From Chlamydiota bacterium (lineage in GTDB: Bacteria > Auribacterota > JACPWU01): a DNA stretch of 32,000 nucleotides. Below are positions 8,729-16,790 of this stretch, one piece after another. Position numbers and translations under genes: made by a program. The DNA lies in assembly GCA_016196885.1 (NCBI GenBank), contig JACPWU010000046.1:1-32000 (forward strand), read 5' to 3'. How positions within the stretch are numbered: the first letter of the stretch is position 1; each line of letters begins with the position of its first letter. The notes beneath the pieces were generated by a model. That model made no database searches. It was not told the DNA's origin and saw nothing but the letters and a program-made list of their open reading frames with translations.

Positions 8729-10363
8729 ATGACCCTCTCAAAAAAACATCTTTTTTCACTTCTCTTCATTGTTGTCGTCATCCTGATTGCTTACGCCAAC
8801 AGCTTCCAGAACCACTTTGTTTGGGACGATGACCTGCTCATTGTTCAAAATCAATACCTTCAGAGTCCTCATCACATCTCCAACTTTTTCACAGAAAATA
8901 TTTTTAAGGGTTCAGATCACGAAAGCAATTTTTGGAGGCCTTTACAATTGATCAGTTTCTTCATGGATCAAAAAATCTGGGGAGCAAATGCTTACGGATT
9001 TCATTTAACGAATCTTTTACTGCATATCCTTGCATCCTTAGAGGTTTATCTGTTTATCTTTCTTCTCTTTCGAAGAAAGGGTCTGGCCCTTCTCACCAGC
9101 CTTTTATGGGCCCTACACCCCATTCAAACGGAAGCTGTCACTTATATTTCAGGCCGCGCAGATCCTCTGGCTGCCTACTTCATCCTTTCATCTCTTTGCC
9201 TGTATCTCTATCATCGTCAAAGAGCATCACTTCTTGCCTATCTGGGAAGTCTTATTTCATTTGTTCTTGCTCTTCTCTCCAAAGAAATGGCACTTATGCT
9301 TCCGGTTTATCTTATGCTGTTCGAAACGGTCCTTTATCAAAAGGGAGAAAAAAAATTCTGGAATATTTTTTTAAGATTACTTCCCTTCATCTCAATTGTG
9401 TCACTATATATAAGCCTTCGTCTGACAGTTCTTAACTTCTCAGACAGTCCCCTGATCCAAGATAATCCCTTTCGCCTCATTCCTCTTCCATTAAGACTGC
9501 TCACTTTCACCAAAACCCTTTTTGGCATTTCGTTTAATTCCATCACCCATCACTGGGAAACAGGCTATTTTTGGCTTCTTCTTTTTCCCTTTAATCTTCA
9601 CATGGAAAGAAGCACCGCTTACGCCAAAAGTTTCTTTCAATGGCCCTATCTTTCAACCCTCATCCTTTTTGGAATATGGATATTTGCCCTCTTTCGAACC
9701 TCTCAGAAATCTAAACTTCAATTTTTTGGCCTAACCCTTTTTCTCATCGCCCTTCTGCCTTTTTCAGACCTTATCCCCCTCAACGCAAACATGGCAGAGC
9801 ATTGGCTGTACATTCCTTCTATCGGAATTTTTCTCATCTTGTCTGATTTAGTCTTCCAAGGGTTCAAAAAATATCCAATCACAGTTTCATGCCTTTTCAT
9901 CCCCTATCTCCTCTATCTCGGAACAACAACCTATTTTAGGAATCAAGATTGGAAAGATGAAATGACAATTTGGCAGCAAACGGCAGAACTCTCACAGAGC
10001 TCTCACATCCATGGAAATTTAGCAGTTGCTTATGGCCGGCAAGGAAATCTTCAAAAAGCAGAGAAAGAACTTAAAAAAGCCGTCGCACTACAATTTAATT
10101 ATCCCGAGGCCCACAACAATCTCGGGCTCCTTTATATTGCCAAAGGAAATTTAACGGAAGCTCTCCAAGAATTTTCCTGGGCCATTCAATTTAATCCCAC
10201 CTATTCCAATGCCTATAAAAATCTGGGAGACGTTTATGAGGCCATGAACAATTTAGACGAAGCAAAGAAAATGTGGAAAAAAGCACTTGAAATCAATCCA
10301 ATGAATGAAGGAGCGAAGGAAAAACTAAAAAAATCATCTCACCAACCCCTCTCCACCACCTAA
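8729..10363 (+). CDS. polytopic membrane protein with C-terminal TPR repeats (TMTC/PMT-like glycosyltransferase family)
   Basis: N-terminal FVWDDDLLIVQN ... FWRPLQLISFFMD ... HLTNLLLHIL ... HPIQTEAVTYISGRADPLA with many TM segments. C-terminal TPR units (AEKELKKAVALQFNYPEAHNNLGLLYIAKGNLTEA...). Confidence 0.8.
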   Translation: MTLSKKHLFSLLFIVVVILIAYANSFQNHFVWDDDLLIVQNQYLQSPHHISNFFTENIFKGSDHESNFWRPLQLISFFMDQKIWGANAYGFHLTNLLLHILASLEVYLFIFLLFRRKGLALLTSLLWALHPIQTEAVTYISGRADPLAAYFILSSLCLYLYHRQRASLLAYLGSLISFVLALLSKEMALMLPVYLMLFETVLYQKGEKKFWNIFLRLLPFISIVSLYISLRLTVLNFSDSPLIQDNPFRLIPLPLRLLTFTKTLFGISFNSITHHWETGYFWLLLFPFNLHMERSTAYAKSFFQWPYLSTLILFGIWIFALFRTSQKSKLQFFGLTLFLIALLPFSDLIPLNANMAEHWLYIPSIGIFLILSDLVFQGFKKYPITVSCLFIPYLLYLGTTTYFRNQDWKDEMTIWQQTAELSQSSHIHGNLAVAYGRQGNLQKAEKELKKAVALQFNYPEAHNNLGLLYIAKGNLTEALQEFSWAIQFNPTYSNAYKNLGDVYEAMNNLDEAKKMWKKALEINPMNEGAKEKLKKSSHQPLSTT

Positions 10364-10494
10364 GGCGGGTGGCACGACTGGGGGTCCCCTGCTAACGCCA
10401 GCAGGTCGAGACTTACGTCCCAAAAGTTCTAAACGAAAAACCACCAACGAGACCGATGCCGTTAGTGGGGGTGAGGAGGGACAGGACCCGCCTT
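10362..10494. ncRNA. candidate structured RNA / conserved repeat element, copy A (short form)
   Basis: Shares four conserved blocks with 16595..16790: GGCMCGACTGGGGGTCCC, GCCAGCAGGTMGAG, ACCGATGCCGT, GGGTGAGGAGGGACAGGMCC. Closing stem AAGGCGGGT/ACCCGCCTT. Inner stem CTAACG (10392-97) / CGTTAG (10460-65). It fills the gap between two convergent stop codons. Strand not determined. Confidence 0.45.
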
Positions 10495-10496
10495 CC

Positions 10497-11303
10497 CTAC
10501 ATATTCACGCACCGATGCGTTTTCTGAGGAATGTCACGATGATGGATAATGCGATTTCGGCCCTCTTCTTTCGCCATGTAAAGCGCCTCATCGGCCTGGC
10601 GCAAAAGTTCATCCGCATCCAAGGCATCTGAAGGGCAGGTTGCAATCCCTCCGCTCACCGTCACATGCACAATCTCCTTCGAGCCAGGGATCAAAAACTC
10701 TTGAGTTTTAATATGAACTCTCAAACGGTCTGCGACTTCCATGGCCACACGCCCCAATGTTTGAGACATCACCACTACAAATTCTTCCCCCCCAAAACGA
10801 GCGACCAAATCCGCCCCCCTTGAATAACACGATAAAATCTTCGCAATTCTCTGAAGCACACGATCCCCCACCAAATGCCCCCACTTGTCGTTCAGGCGTT
10901 TGAAATGATCCACATCCAGAAACAACAATGAAAAGGCGAGCGGATAACGGCGGCTCTTGTCAAATTCCTTTTCCAGATAATCCTTCAAGAAACGCCGGTT
11001 GTAAAGACCTGTGAGGGAATCTCGGATGGCGCAATCTTGAGTCCTGCGATACTGATCTCTTTCAATGAGCACAGGCCCACGGATTTTACGCACACGGTTC
11101 ATAAAATAATCGGCGAGGGCAACGGTAAAACCCACAGGACGGCTTAAAGCTTCTTCCAACTGCTTCTGATGGCTGAGGATCGAATACCAGTGCTGTTCGG
11201 CTTCTTCTTCGCTGAGGGTCAGGCTGCAGAATTGACTTAAAAGAGTCTTAAAACTCCTTTTCATCATATCCCCCCTTTTCGTTAGTCGTTCGTTATTCGT
11301 CAT
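10497..11303 (-). CDS. diguanylate cyclase (GGDEF domain, with an RxxD I-site)
   Basis: RFGGEEFVVVM active-site motif, with RGAD five residues upstream (I-site), and LDVDHFKRLNDKWGH. The first 12 codons (MTNNERLTKRGD) come from a heptamer repeat array. The more likely start is ATG 11267 (MMKRSF), preceded by AAAAGGGGGG. Confidence 0.9.
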   Translation of the reverse strand: MTNNERLTKRGDMMKRSFKTLLSQFCSLTLSEEEAEQHWYSILSHQKQLEEALSRPVGFTVALADYFMNRVRKIRGPVLIERDQYRRTQDCAIRDSLTGLYNRRFLKDYLEKEFDKSRRYPLAFSLLFLDVDHFKRLNDKWGHLVGDRVLQRIAKILSCYSRGADLVARFGGEEFVVVMSQTLGRVAMEVADRLRVHIKTQEFLIPGSKEIVHVTVSGGIATCPSDALDADELLRQADEALYMAKEEGRNRIIHHRDIPQKTHRCVNM

Positions 11304-11364
11304 GAGTCGTTAGTTAAAAAATTATGTGTTTCTACTAACGACAAACGACTATAAACTAACGACT
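11280..11364. repeat. hairpin made of two facing arrays of 7-nt units (cgttagt-type / actaacg-type)
   Basis: Left arm cgttagt cgttcgt tattcgt catgagt cgttagt (11280-11314). Right arm actaacg acaaacg actataa actaacg act (11334-11364). It lies between the mraZ stop and the GGDEF start. Confidence 0.75.
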
Positions 11365-11369
11365 GTTTT

Positions 11370-11813
11370 TTAAATCGAGAACCCTACACTCTTTTCTGCA
11401 ATTCCTTTGGAGGTCTCGCGTATTTTCTTGGACTCTCGATTCCACTCCTCCTGATCCCAAATTTCAATCCGGTGGCGAACCCCCACCATAAAAATCCCGT
11501 CCTTTAACTGAGCATACTCCCTCAGATTTTTGGGAACGAGCATTCTTCCCTGTGGATCCACAGGACATTCACTGGCATTGGCAAAGAGAAATCGTTCAAG
11601 CCGGCGGGCATCTTCGTGACTGTTCTGAAGGGTCTCCACCTCATTGGCAAACTTCTCCCAGCGAGGTCTGGAGTAAATGTAAAGGCATTTTTCGAATCCT
11701 ATGGTCATGATCGGATGTTTCGTTGTCCCGCTGTACAGTTCCTCCCGCATCTTGGCTGGAACGCTGATTCGGTCTCTGGTGTCAATGCGATGTTCAAACG
11801 TCCCTAGAAACAT
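11370..11813 (-). CDS. mraZ: transcriptional regulator MraZ
   Basis: MFLGTFEHRIDTRDRISVPAKMREEL plus a second half with VDPQGRMLVPKNLREYA (duplicated SpoVT/AbrB-type MraZ repeats). 147 aa. Confidence 0.9.
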   Translation of the reverse strand: MFLGTFEHRIDTRDRISVPAKMREELYSGTTKHPIMTIGFEKCLYIYSRPRWEKFANEVETLQNSHEDARRLERFLFANASECPVDPQGRMLVPKNLREYAQLKDGIFMVGVRHRIEIWDQEEWNRESKKIRETSKGIAEKSVGFSI

Positions 11814-11821
11814 CGAGTTTT

Positions 11822-11855
11822 CCCATTGTTTCCACTAAAAACCCACATTTGCCCA
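11822..11855 (-). promoter_or_regulatory. four direct TGGG/GTGG boxes at an exact 10-nt period (candidate MraZ operator)
   Basis: Plus-strand CCCA at 11822, CCAC at 11832, CCCA at 11842 and CCCA at 11852. On the mraZ strand this reads aTGGGcaaatgTGGGtttttaGTGGaaacaaTGGGa, between the -10 box and the start codon. Confidence 0.55.
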
Positions 11856-11856
11856 T

Positions 11857-11885
11857 ATTCTAGGGATAAGCGAGCTCCGTGTCAA
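11857..11885 (-). promoter_or_regulatory. near-consensus sigma70 promoter of mraZ (TTGACA-17 nt-TAGAAT)
   Basis: Reverse complement of 11880-11885 is TTGACA. The spacer 11863-11879 is 17 nt. Reverse complement of 11857-11862 is TAGAAT. Confidence 0.55.
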
Positions 11886-11929
11886 TAGAAAAAAATGAAA
11901 AAAATAGGGGCAAGCAGCAAGGAGAGCAT

Positions 11930-11988
11930 TGTAGTCGCCCCATTTATGGGGCCGTCTATGGATTTGCCCGATGAATCGGGCGACTACA
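11930..11988. repeat. REP-like double-hairpin element, copy 1
   Basis: Perfect 10-nt terminal inverted repeat TGTAGTCGCC/GGCGACTACA enclosing hairpins CCCCATTTATGGGG and GCCCGATGAATCGGGC. The reverse complement matches 16521..16567 apart from a ~12-nt internal indel. Confidence 0.85.
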
Positions 11989-12012
11989 CATTCTTGACCC
12001 TCAACCCTGTTT

Positions 12013-14637
12013 TTAGGTCTTCAAAATAATCTCGGGCAAGCTTTCAAGCGCGGCTTTTAACTTGGAAGGATCTTTACCACCGGCTTGAGCAATATCAGGT
12101 TTTCCACCACCTCCACCGTCCACTTTTTTGGCCAGTTCTTGAACAATTTTTCCGGCATGTATTCCTTTTTTGACCCAATCAGGCGTCACAAGAACGAGAA
12201 ATGTAACTTTTCCTTCAGCCCGAGAAGCCAAAACAAGAACTCCAGAGGAAGTTTTTGCTTTAAAATCGTCTGCCAAATGGCGTAAAACGTCTTGTCCCAA
12301 TCCGTCAAAAGAAGCAACAAAAACATTTGTGTCTTTCACTTGAAGTGGTTTGACCAAAATTTCCGCCATTTGGTTTTTGGCCCTTGTTACTTGACTTTCT
12401 TCAATCTCTTTTTCGAGACGTTTTTTCTCGGCAAGCAATTTTTCCATCCGGTCAAGTGCTTGATTTGGAGAAGCGCTGAGCAGAGAACAAAGTTCGGTGA
12501 GTTTTTGTGTAGTCTGGCGCAAAGACTCATAGGCTTTTAATCCTGAAAGTGCCTCAATGCGTCGTACCCCACTGGCCACACTGGATTCGGCCATGATTTT
12601 AAAAAGCCCTATTTCGCCGGTCGCCTTCACATGCGTACCCCCGCATAATTCCAGGCTATATCCCCCAATATCCAGCATGCGGACCACAGCGCCATATTTA
12701 TCGCCAAAAAACATGAGGGCGCCCCTTTTTTTGGCCTCTTCAATGGGGACCACCACCGTTTTAAGCGTGGTATTCTCCAAAATTTTTTCATTGATCAGGG
12801 ATTCAATATGCGCCAATTCTGATTCATTTACTTTAGAGAAATGAGCAAAGTCGAAACGCAAACGGTCCGGTGCCACCAAAGACCCAGACTGCTTGACGTG
12901 CTCTCCCAATATTTTTCTCAAGGCATAATTCAAAAGATGTGTCGCAGTGTGATGCCGAGCAATCGCATGTCGAATGGGAGAATCCACTGAAGCCAAAACC
13001 TCGTCTCCCGAATGCAGCAAACCTTTTTTCACGACACCATAATGGACCGTCAAACCATCAATCGGCCACTGCGTATCCTTAATTTCAACTTGCCCCGAAG
13101 GCGTTTCAATCACTCCTTGATCACCCACTTGTCCGCCGGATTCCCCGTAAAAGGGGGAGCGATTCAAAATCAGTTGAACCTCTTCCCCTTCATGCACCTC
13201 TGAAATTTGATTTTCATTCTTTAACAGGGTCAGAATTTTTCCATCCGCCGATAAAGTTTGATAACCCAAAAATTCTGTTTCACCCAATTTTTCTTTGATC
13301 TTCTCTAACGCCACTGTTTTTCCAACTTGCGCCTTTCCAACCCAACTGGCTCGAGATCTTTCCTTCTGCTCTCTCATGAATTTTTGAAAACCTTCTTCAT
13401 CTAATTTAAAGCCTTCTTCCTCGGCGACTTCGCAGGCCATATCAATCGGGAAACCATAAGTGTCATAGAGCCGAAAAAGATCTTCTCCGGAAATGACTTT
13501 CGATTTGCTCGACTTCATCAAGTCCTCAAGAATGGCAAGACCCGATGAAATAGTCCCTAAAAACCGGTCCTCTTCGAATTTAATCACACGAGCCACATTT
13601 TCTCTCGCCTGTAGCAGATCTGGATAAACTTCTTTCATGATATCGACAGCCACCGCCACGAGCCGATATAAAACGGGACCTTTAATTTCTAATCTCTGGG
13701 TATACCGACTGGCCCTTCTCAAAATGCGCCGCAGAACATAGCCACGACCCTCATTGGAAGGAATCACATGGTCGGAAATGGCAAAAGTTAAGGCCCTCAC
13801 ATGATCAGCAATCACATGGTAGGCCATCCGCGTCTCAGGTCCATAAGGCAAAGACGTGTGCTGAGCAATTTCTAAAATGATCGGTTTAAAAAGATCCGAC
13901 TCAAAATTATTGGAAAGTCCCTGAGCAATGAAAGAAATACGTTCCAGGCCCATGCCTGTGTCAATTCCACGGCGGGCCAAGGGTTTTCGACTTCCGTCCG
14001 GGAATTGATCAAATTGAGGAAATACCAAATTCCAGATTTCAATGAATCGCTCACAGTCACAACCCGGCGCACAATTTGCCTTTCCGCATCCGCGTGAAGG
14101 ACCCAAATCAAAATAGATTTCAGACGAAGGGCCACAAGCCCCTGTTTCTCCAGCGGGACCCCAGAAATTATCTTTTTCATCCAGACGAACAATACGATCT
14201 TTTTTTAGCCCTACTTTTTCATTCCAAATTTTAAAGGCCTCATCGTCTTCTCGAAAAACAGAAGGCCAAAGTTTATCTTTAGGCAATCTCACAATTTCCG
14301 TCAAAAATTCCCAGGCCCATAAAATAGCCTCTTCTTTAAAATAATCCCCAAAAGAAAAATTGCCGAGCATTTCAAAAAAAGTGTGATGACGCAAAGTCTT
14401 GCCTACATTTTCAAGATCACTCCCCTTGCCACCCGCCCTCAAACATTTTTGGCAACTGGCTGCACGACTGAATTGGAGAGGGGCTCCCGCATAAAGAGGT
14501 TTAAATTGAACCATGCCTGCGGTGGTGAAAAGCAGCGTGGGATCCCCTTTGGGAATCAGCGTATCGCTGGCCACAATGGTATGCTGACGCTCAGCAAAAA
14601 AATCTAAAAATTTTTGTCGAATTTCTCTAGAGTTCAT
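12013..14637 (-). CDS. alaS: alanine--tRNA ligase
   Basis: RHHTFFEMLGNFSFGDYFK, FWGPAGETGACGPSSEIYFD, editing-domain HTATHLLN and CGGTHV, and a C-terminal DHHA1-like GGGGGKPDIAQAGG. Start set at ATG 14637 (MNSREIRQKFLDFF). The 15 upstream codons of the track ORF are repeat-derived. Confidence 0.95.
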   Translation of the reverse strand: MNSREIRQKFLDFFAERQHTIVASDTLIPKGDPTLLFTTAGMVQFKPLYAGAPLQFSRAASCQKCLRAGGKGSDLENVGKTLRHHTFFEMLGNFSFGDYFKEEAILWAWEFLTEIVRLPKDKLWPSVFREDDEAFKIWNEKVGLKKDRIVRLDEKDNFWGPAGETGACGPSSEIYFDLGPSRGCGKANCAPGCDCERFIEIWNLVFPQFDQFPDGSRKPLARRGIDTGMGLERISFIAQGLSNNFESDLFKPIILEIAQHTSLPYGPETRMAYHVIADHVRALTFAISDHVIPSNEGRGYVLRRILRRASRYTQRLEIKGPVLYRLVAVAVDIMKEVYPDLLQARENVARVIKFEEDRFLGTISSGLAILEDLMKSSKSKVISGEDLFRLYDTYGFPIDMACEVAEEEGFKLDEEGFQKFMREQKERSRASWVGKAQVGKTVALEKIKEKLGETEFLGYQTLSADGKILTLLKNENQISEVHEGEEVQLILNRSPFYGESGGQVGDQGVIETPSGQVEIKDTQWPIDGLTVHYGVVKKGLLHSGDEVLASVDSPIRHAIARHHTATHLLNYALRKILGEHVKQSGSLVAPDRLRFDFAHFSKVNESELAHIESLINEKILENTTLKTVVVPIEEAKKRGALMFFGDKYGAVVRMLDIGGYSLELCGGTHVKATGEIGLFKIMAESSVASGVRRIEALSGLKAYESLRQTTQKLTELCSLLSASPNQALDRMEKLLAEKKRLEKEIEESQVTRAKNQMAEILVKPLQVKDTNVFVASFDGLGQDVLRHLADDFKAKTSSGVLVLASRAEGKVTFLVLVTPDWVKKGIHAGKIVQELAKKVDGGGGGKPDIAQAGGKDPSKLKAALESLPEIILKT

Positions 14638-14653
14638 AATCTTCATTAAAATC

Positions 14654-14780
14654 CGAAGCACGAAATCCGAAATTCGAAACAAACTCTAAAACCCAAATTC
14701 AAAATTCTAAACGTTTTGACTCTTTAAATATTTGAATTTTGAATTTGTTTCAGATTTCGATATTAGGATTTCGTGCTTTT
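14654..14780. repeat. long imperfect inverted repeat built from 7-nt units, between the recA stop and the alaS start
   Basis: Left arm cgaagca cgaaatc cgaaatt cgaaaca (14654-14681) plus ttcaaaattc. Right arm gaattttgaa, then tgtttca gatttcg atattag gatttcg tgctttt (14746-14780). The arms are mutually complementary. Confidence 0.75.
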
Positions 14781-15830
14781 TTAGGGTTTCAACCCTGCTT
14801 TTTCTTTTATCTCTTTCACAATCTGCTGCATCAAGGGCTTATTTTGCTTTAAGAGATCACGTGCCTGATCTCGGCCTTGGCCCAATTTTTCATTCTTATA
14901 AGCAAACCAGGCCCCCTTCTTTTCGATGACACCCAAAAGAGCGCCCACGTCTACGACCGTCCCCTCACGGGATATCCCTTCTCCAAAGATAATGTCAAAT
15001 TCCGCTTCTCTGAAAGGAGGCGCGACTTTGTTTTTTACAACCTTCACGTTCACATGATTTCCAACGGGGATTCCCTTGGCATCTTTAATTGAACCCGTCC
15101 GGCGAATATCCAGCCGAACAGAAGAATAAAATTTCAAGGCTCTTCCGCCCGGTGTTGTCTCAGGATTGCCAAACATGACACCAATTTTTTCCCGAAGCTG
15201 ATTGATAAAAATAGCGCAGGTTCTGGATTTACTAATCGAGGCGGTCAGTTTTCTCATGGCCTGACTCATAAGCCTCGCTTGAAGCCCCATGTGACTGTCG
15301 CCAATATCTCCCTCAATCTCCGCTTTAGGAACGAGTGCAGCAACCGAATCCACAACCACCACATCCAGGGCATTGGAACGAACCAAAACCTCAACAATGT
15401 TCAAAGCGTCCTCTCCACAATCCGGCTGAGACACCAAAAGATTTTCTATATCCACACCTAAGGCCTTGGCATATCCTGAATCCATGGCATGCTCAGCGTC
15501 CACAAAAGCTGCGCGTCCCCCAGCCTTCTGAGCATTCGCAACAATTTGAAGCGCCAAAGTTGTTTTACCCGAAGATTCAGGACCAAAAATTTCAACCACA
15601 CGACCCCGAGGAACGCCTCCGATCCCCAAGGCAATATCCAAGGACAAAGCACCCGTTGAAATCGAAGAAACAGGAACAATCGGTTGATTGGCCCCCAAAC
15701 GCATAATCGCCCCTTGACCAAATTGCTTTTCAATTTGCGAAAGCGCGACATCCAAAGCCTTATCCCGCCCCGTATCCTTCGCCACCTCTTTTTGCTTCTC
15801 TTGCTTTTCCTGAACGGCTGATTCTGCCAT
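14781..15830 (-). CDS. recA: recombinase RecA
   Basis: [22 protein letters not shown], Walker [26 protein letters not shown]. Start set at ATG 15830 (MAESAVQ), with AAGGAG 7 nt upstream. The longer track ORF would overlap thpR. Confidence 0.97.
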   Translation of the reverse strand: MAESAVQEKQEKQKEVAKDTGRDKALDVALSQIEKQFGQGAIMRLGANQPIVPVSSISTGALSLDIALGIGGVPRGRVVEIFGPESSGKTTLALQIVANAQKAGGRAAFVDAEHAMDSGYAKALGVDIENLLVSQPDCGEDALNIVEVLVRSNALDVVVVDSVAALVPKAEIEGDIGDSHMGLQARLMSQAMRKLTASISKSRTCAIFINQLREKIGVMFGNPETTPGGRALKFYSSVRLDIRRTGSIKDAKGIPVGNHVNVKVVKNKVAPPFREAEFDIIFGEGISREGTVVDVGALLGVIEKKGAWFAYKNEKLGQGRDQARDLLKQNKPLMQQIVKEIKEKAGLKP

Positions 15831-15841
15831 GACCGTACTCC

Positions 15842-16405
15842 TTATTTGAGTGTCCATCTGTGAAGGCATTTGTAAGATGCCCCTGCCCGGCTTAAGAAAC
15901 TTTGCATGAATGATATCACATGGATAGAATGACTCGCAAAGCTTGTTTTATCAAATCTTGAGGCCCTTTCACCAAAACCTTCAACCTTTTGATCATCTTT
16001 GACGCGACCTATTGTTAAATGAGGAGAAAAAGCCCCTTTCTCCCTTTCAAAACCTAGATTTTCTAATTTAGACTCCAGAATTTCAGCTAATTTTAAAAGA
16101 GCGTCTCCTCCTTTAGAAAGCCCAATCCAAATCACAGACGGCCGATTCAAATTTGGAAAGGCACCTAAGCCCGTAAATTCCATTTCAAAAGAGGAAAGGT
16201 CCGACTGCTGAAGGGCTTGAGCCACAGAACTTTTAATCGCATCCACTTGATGTGGATTCACTTCTCTCAGAAACTTGAGCGTCAAATGCAAATTTTCTTT
16301 GGGCACCCAGCGAACTTTGCTTACAGAATTTTTTAAATCTGCGAGAGCAACATCTATTGCTTCTTTCACTTTTTCAGGAATCTCAATGGCAATAAAAAGA
16401 CGCAT
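15842..16405 (-). CDS. thpR: RNA 2',3'-cyclic phosphodiesterase (2H family, ThpR/LigT)
   Basis: [10 protein letters not shown] start and two HxT motifs (HLTLKF and PHLTIGR). 187 aa. Confidence 0.88.
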   Translation of the reverse strand: MRLFIAIEIPEKVKEAIDVALADLKNSVSKVRWVPKENLHLTLKFLREVNPHQVDAIKSSVAQALQQSDLSSFEMEFTGLGAFPNLNRPSVIWIGLSKGGDALLKLAEILESKLENLGFEREKGAFSPHLTIGRVKDDQKVEGFGERASRFDKTSFASHSIHVISFMQSFLSRAGASYKCLHRWTLK

Positions 16406-16412
16406 GTAAAAA

Positions 16413-16447
16413 CCGTATATCGTTGTTCGTCATCCGTCGTCCGTATA
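16413..16447. repeat. array of five imperfect 7-nt units immediately 5' of the thpR start
   Basis: ccgtata tcgttgt tcgtcat ccgtcgt ccgtata. It ends 7 nt from the ATG at 16405. Confidence 0.7.
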
Positions 16448-16520
16448 CTCTACCCCAATAATTTCAATGATCTTTCAAGATCATCGTATACGATAAAAGT
16501 TCTCCCCATCATGCTTTTTT

Positions 16521-16567
16521 TGTAGTCGCCCGATTCATCGGGCAGCCCCATAAATGGGGCGACTACA
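16521..16567. repeat. REP-like double-hairpin element, copy 2 (inverted relative to copy 1)
   Basis: TGTAGTCGCC-CGATTCATCGGGC-A-GCCCCATAAATGGGGC-GACTACA. Same termini and both hairpins as 11930..11988 in the opposite orientation. Confidence 0.85.
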
Positions 16568-16594
16568 AAATGAGCCTCACTTTCATAACAAAAT

Positions 16595-16790
16595 AAGCGA
16601 GTGGCCCGACTGGGGGTCCCCCATTGAGCGCCAGCAGGTAGAGGCAAATAACTTTCAATTTCTATCAACAACAAATTCGATACCGATGCCGTCTCAGCAT
16701 AAGGAAAAAAACATCTACTATCGCAGTCGGCCCTTTTTCTGCCACAGGCAGCGGGCCTCCTTTGCTGGGTGAGGAGGGACAGGCCCCACT
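16595..16790. ncRNA. candidate structured RNA / conserved repeat element, copy B (long form with a ~70-nt extra segment)
   Basis: Same four conserved blocks as 10362..10494. Inner stem TGAGCG (16625-30) / CGTCTCA (16690-96) differs from copy A but stays complementary. The element abuts the cinA stop codon. Confidence 0.45.

Noticed and set aside
8932-9900. Overlapping ORFs inside the TPR membrane protein gene (8932..9435, 9337..9546, 9522..9734, 9718..9900)
   Set aside because: The main frame has clear TM and TPR signatures. The overlapping frames are Ser/Pro/Arg-rich noise.
10364-10496. c-di-GMP riboswitch or integron attC site next to the GGDEF gene
   Set aside because: The element is at the 3' end of the gene, not the 5' end. 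It lacks the GEMM-I/II core sequences I can recall. The CTAACG/CGTTAG pair does not fit the RYYYAAC/GTTRRRY attC cores, and no integrase is nearby.
13872-14607. ORFs inside alaS (13872..14192 minus, alternative frame; 14383..14607 plus), and the similar ones at 12085..13203
   Set aside because: They are nested in a strongly supported 874-codon (889 in the ORF track) alaS frame and have no independent signals.
14638-14682. N-terminal extensions of alaS (to 14682), recA (to 15869) and the GGDEF gene (to 11303) as given by the longest-ORF track
   Set aside because: The extensions are encoded by repeat arrays or overlap the upstream gene. Internal ATGs give canonical N-termini, and for recA a strong AAGGAG.
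15279-15751. ORFs overlapping recA (15279..15461, 15335..15706, 15458..15751)
   Set aside because: They are Pro/His/Gln-rich or Leu/Arg-rich alternative frames of a canonical recA.
16450-16772. 74-aa and 72-aa ORFs in the thpR-cinA spacer
   Set aside because: Both are read through the REP-like element and the conserved structured element (for example ...VAPFMGLPDESGDYKK). They are repeat-derived and not credible proteins.
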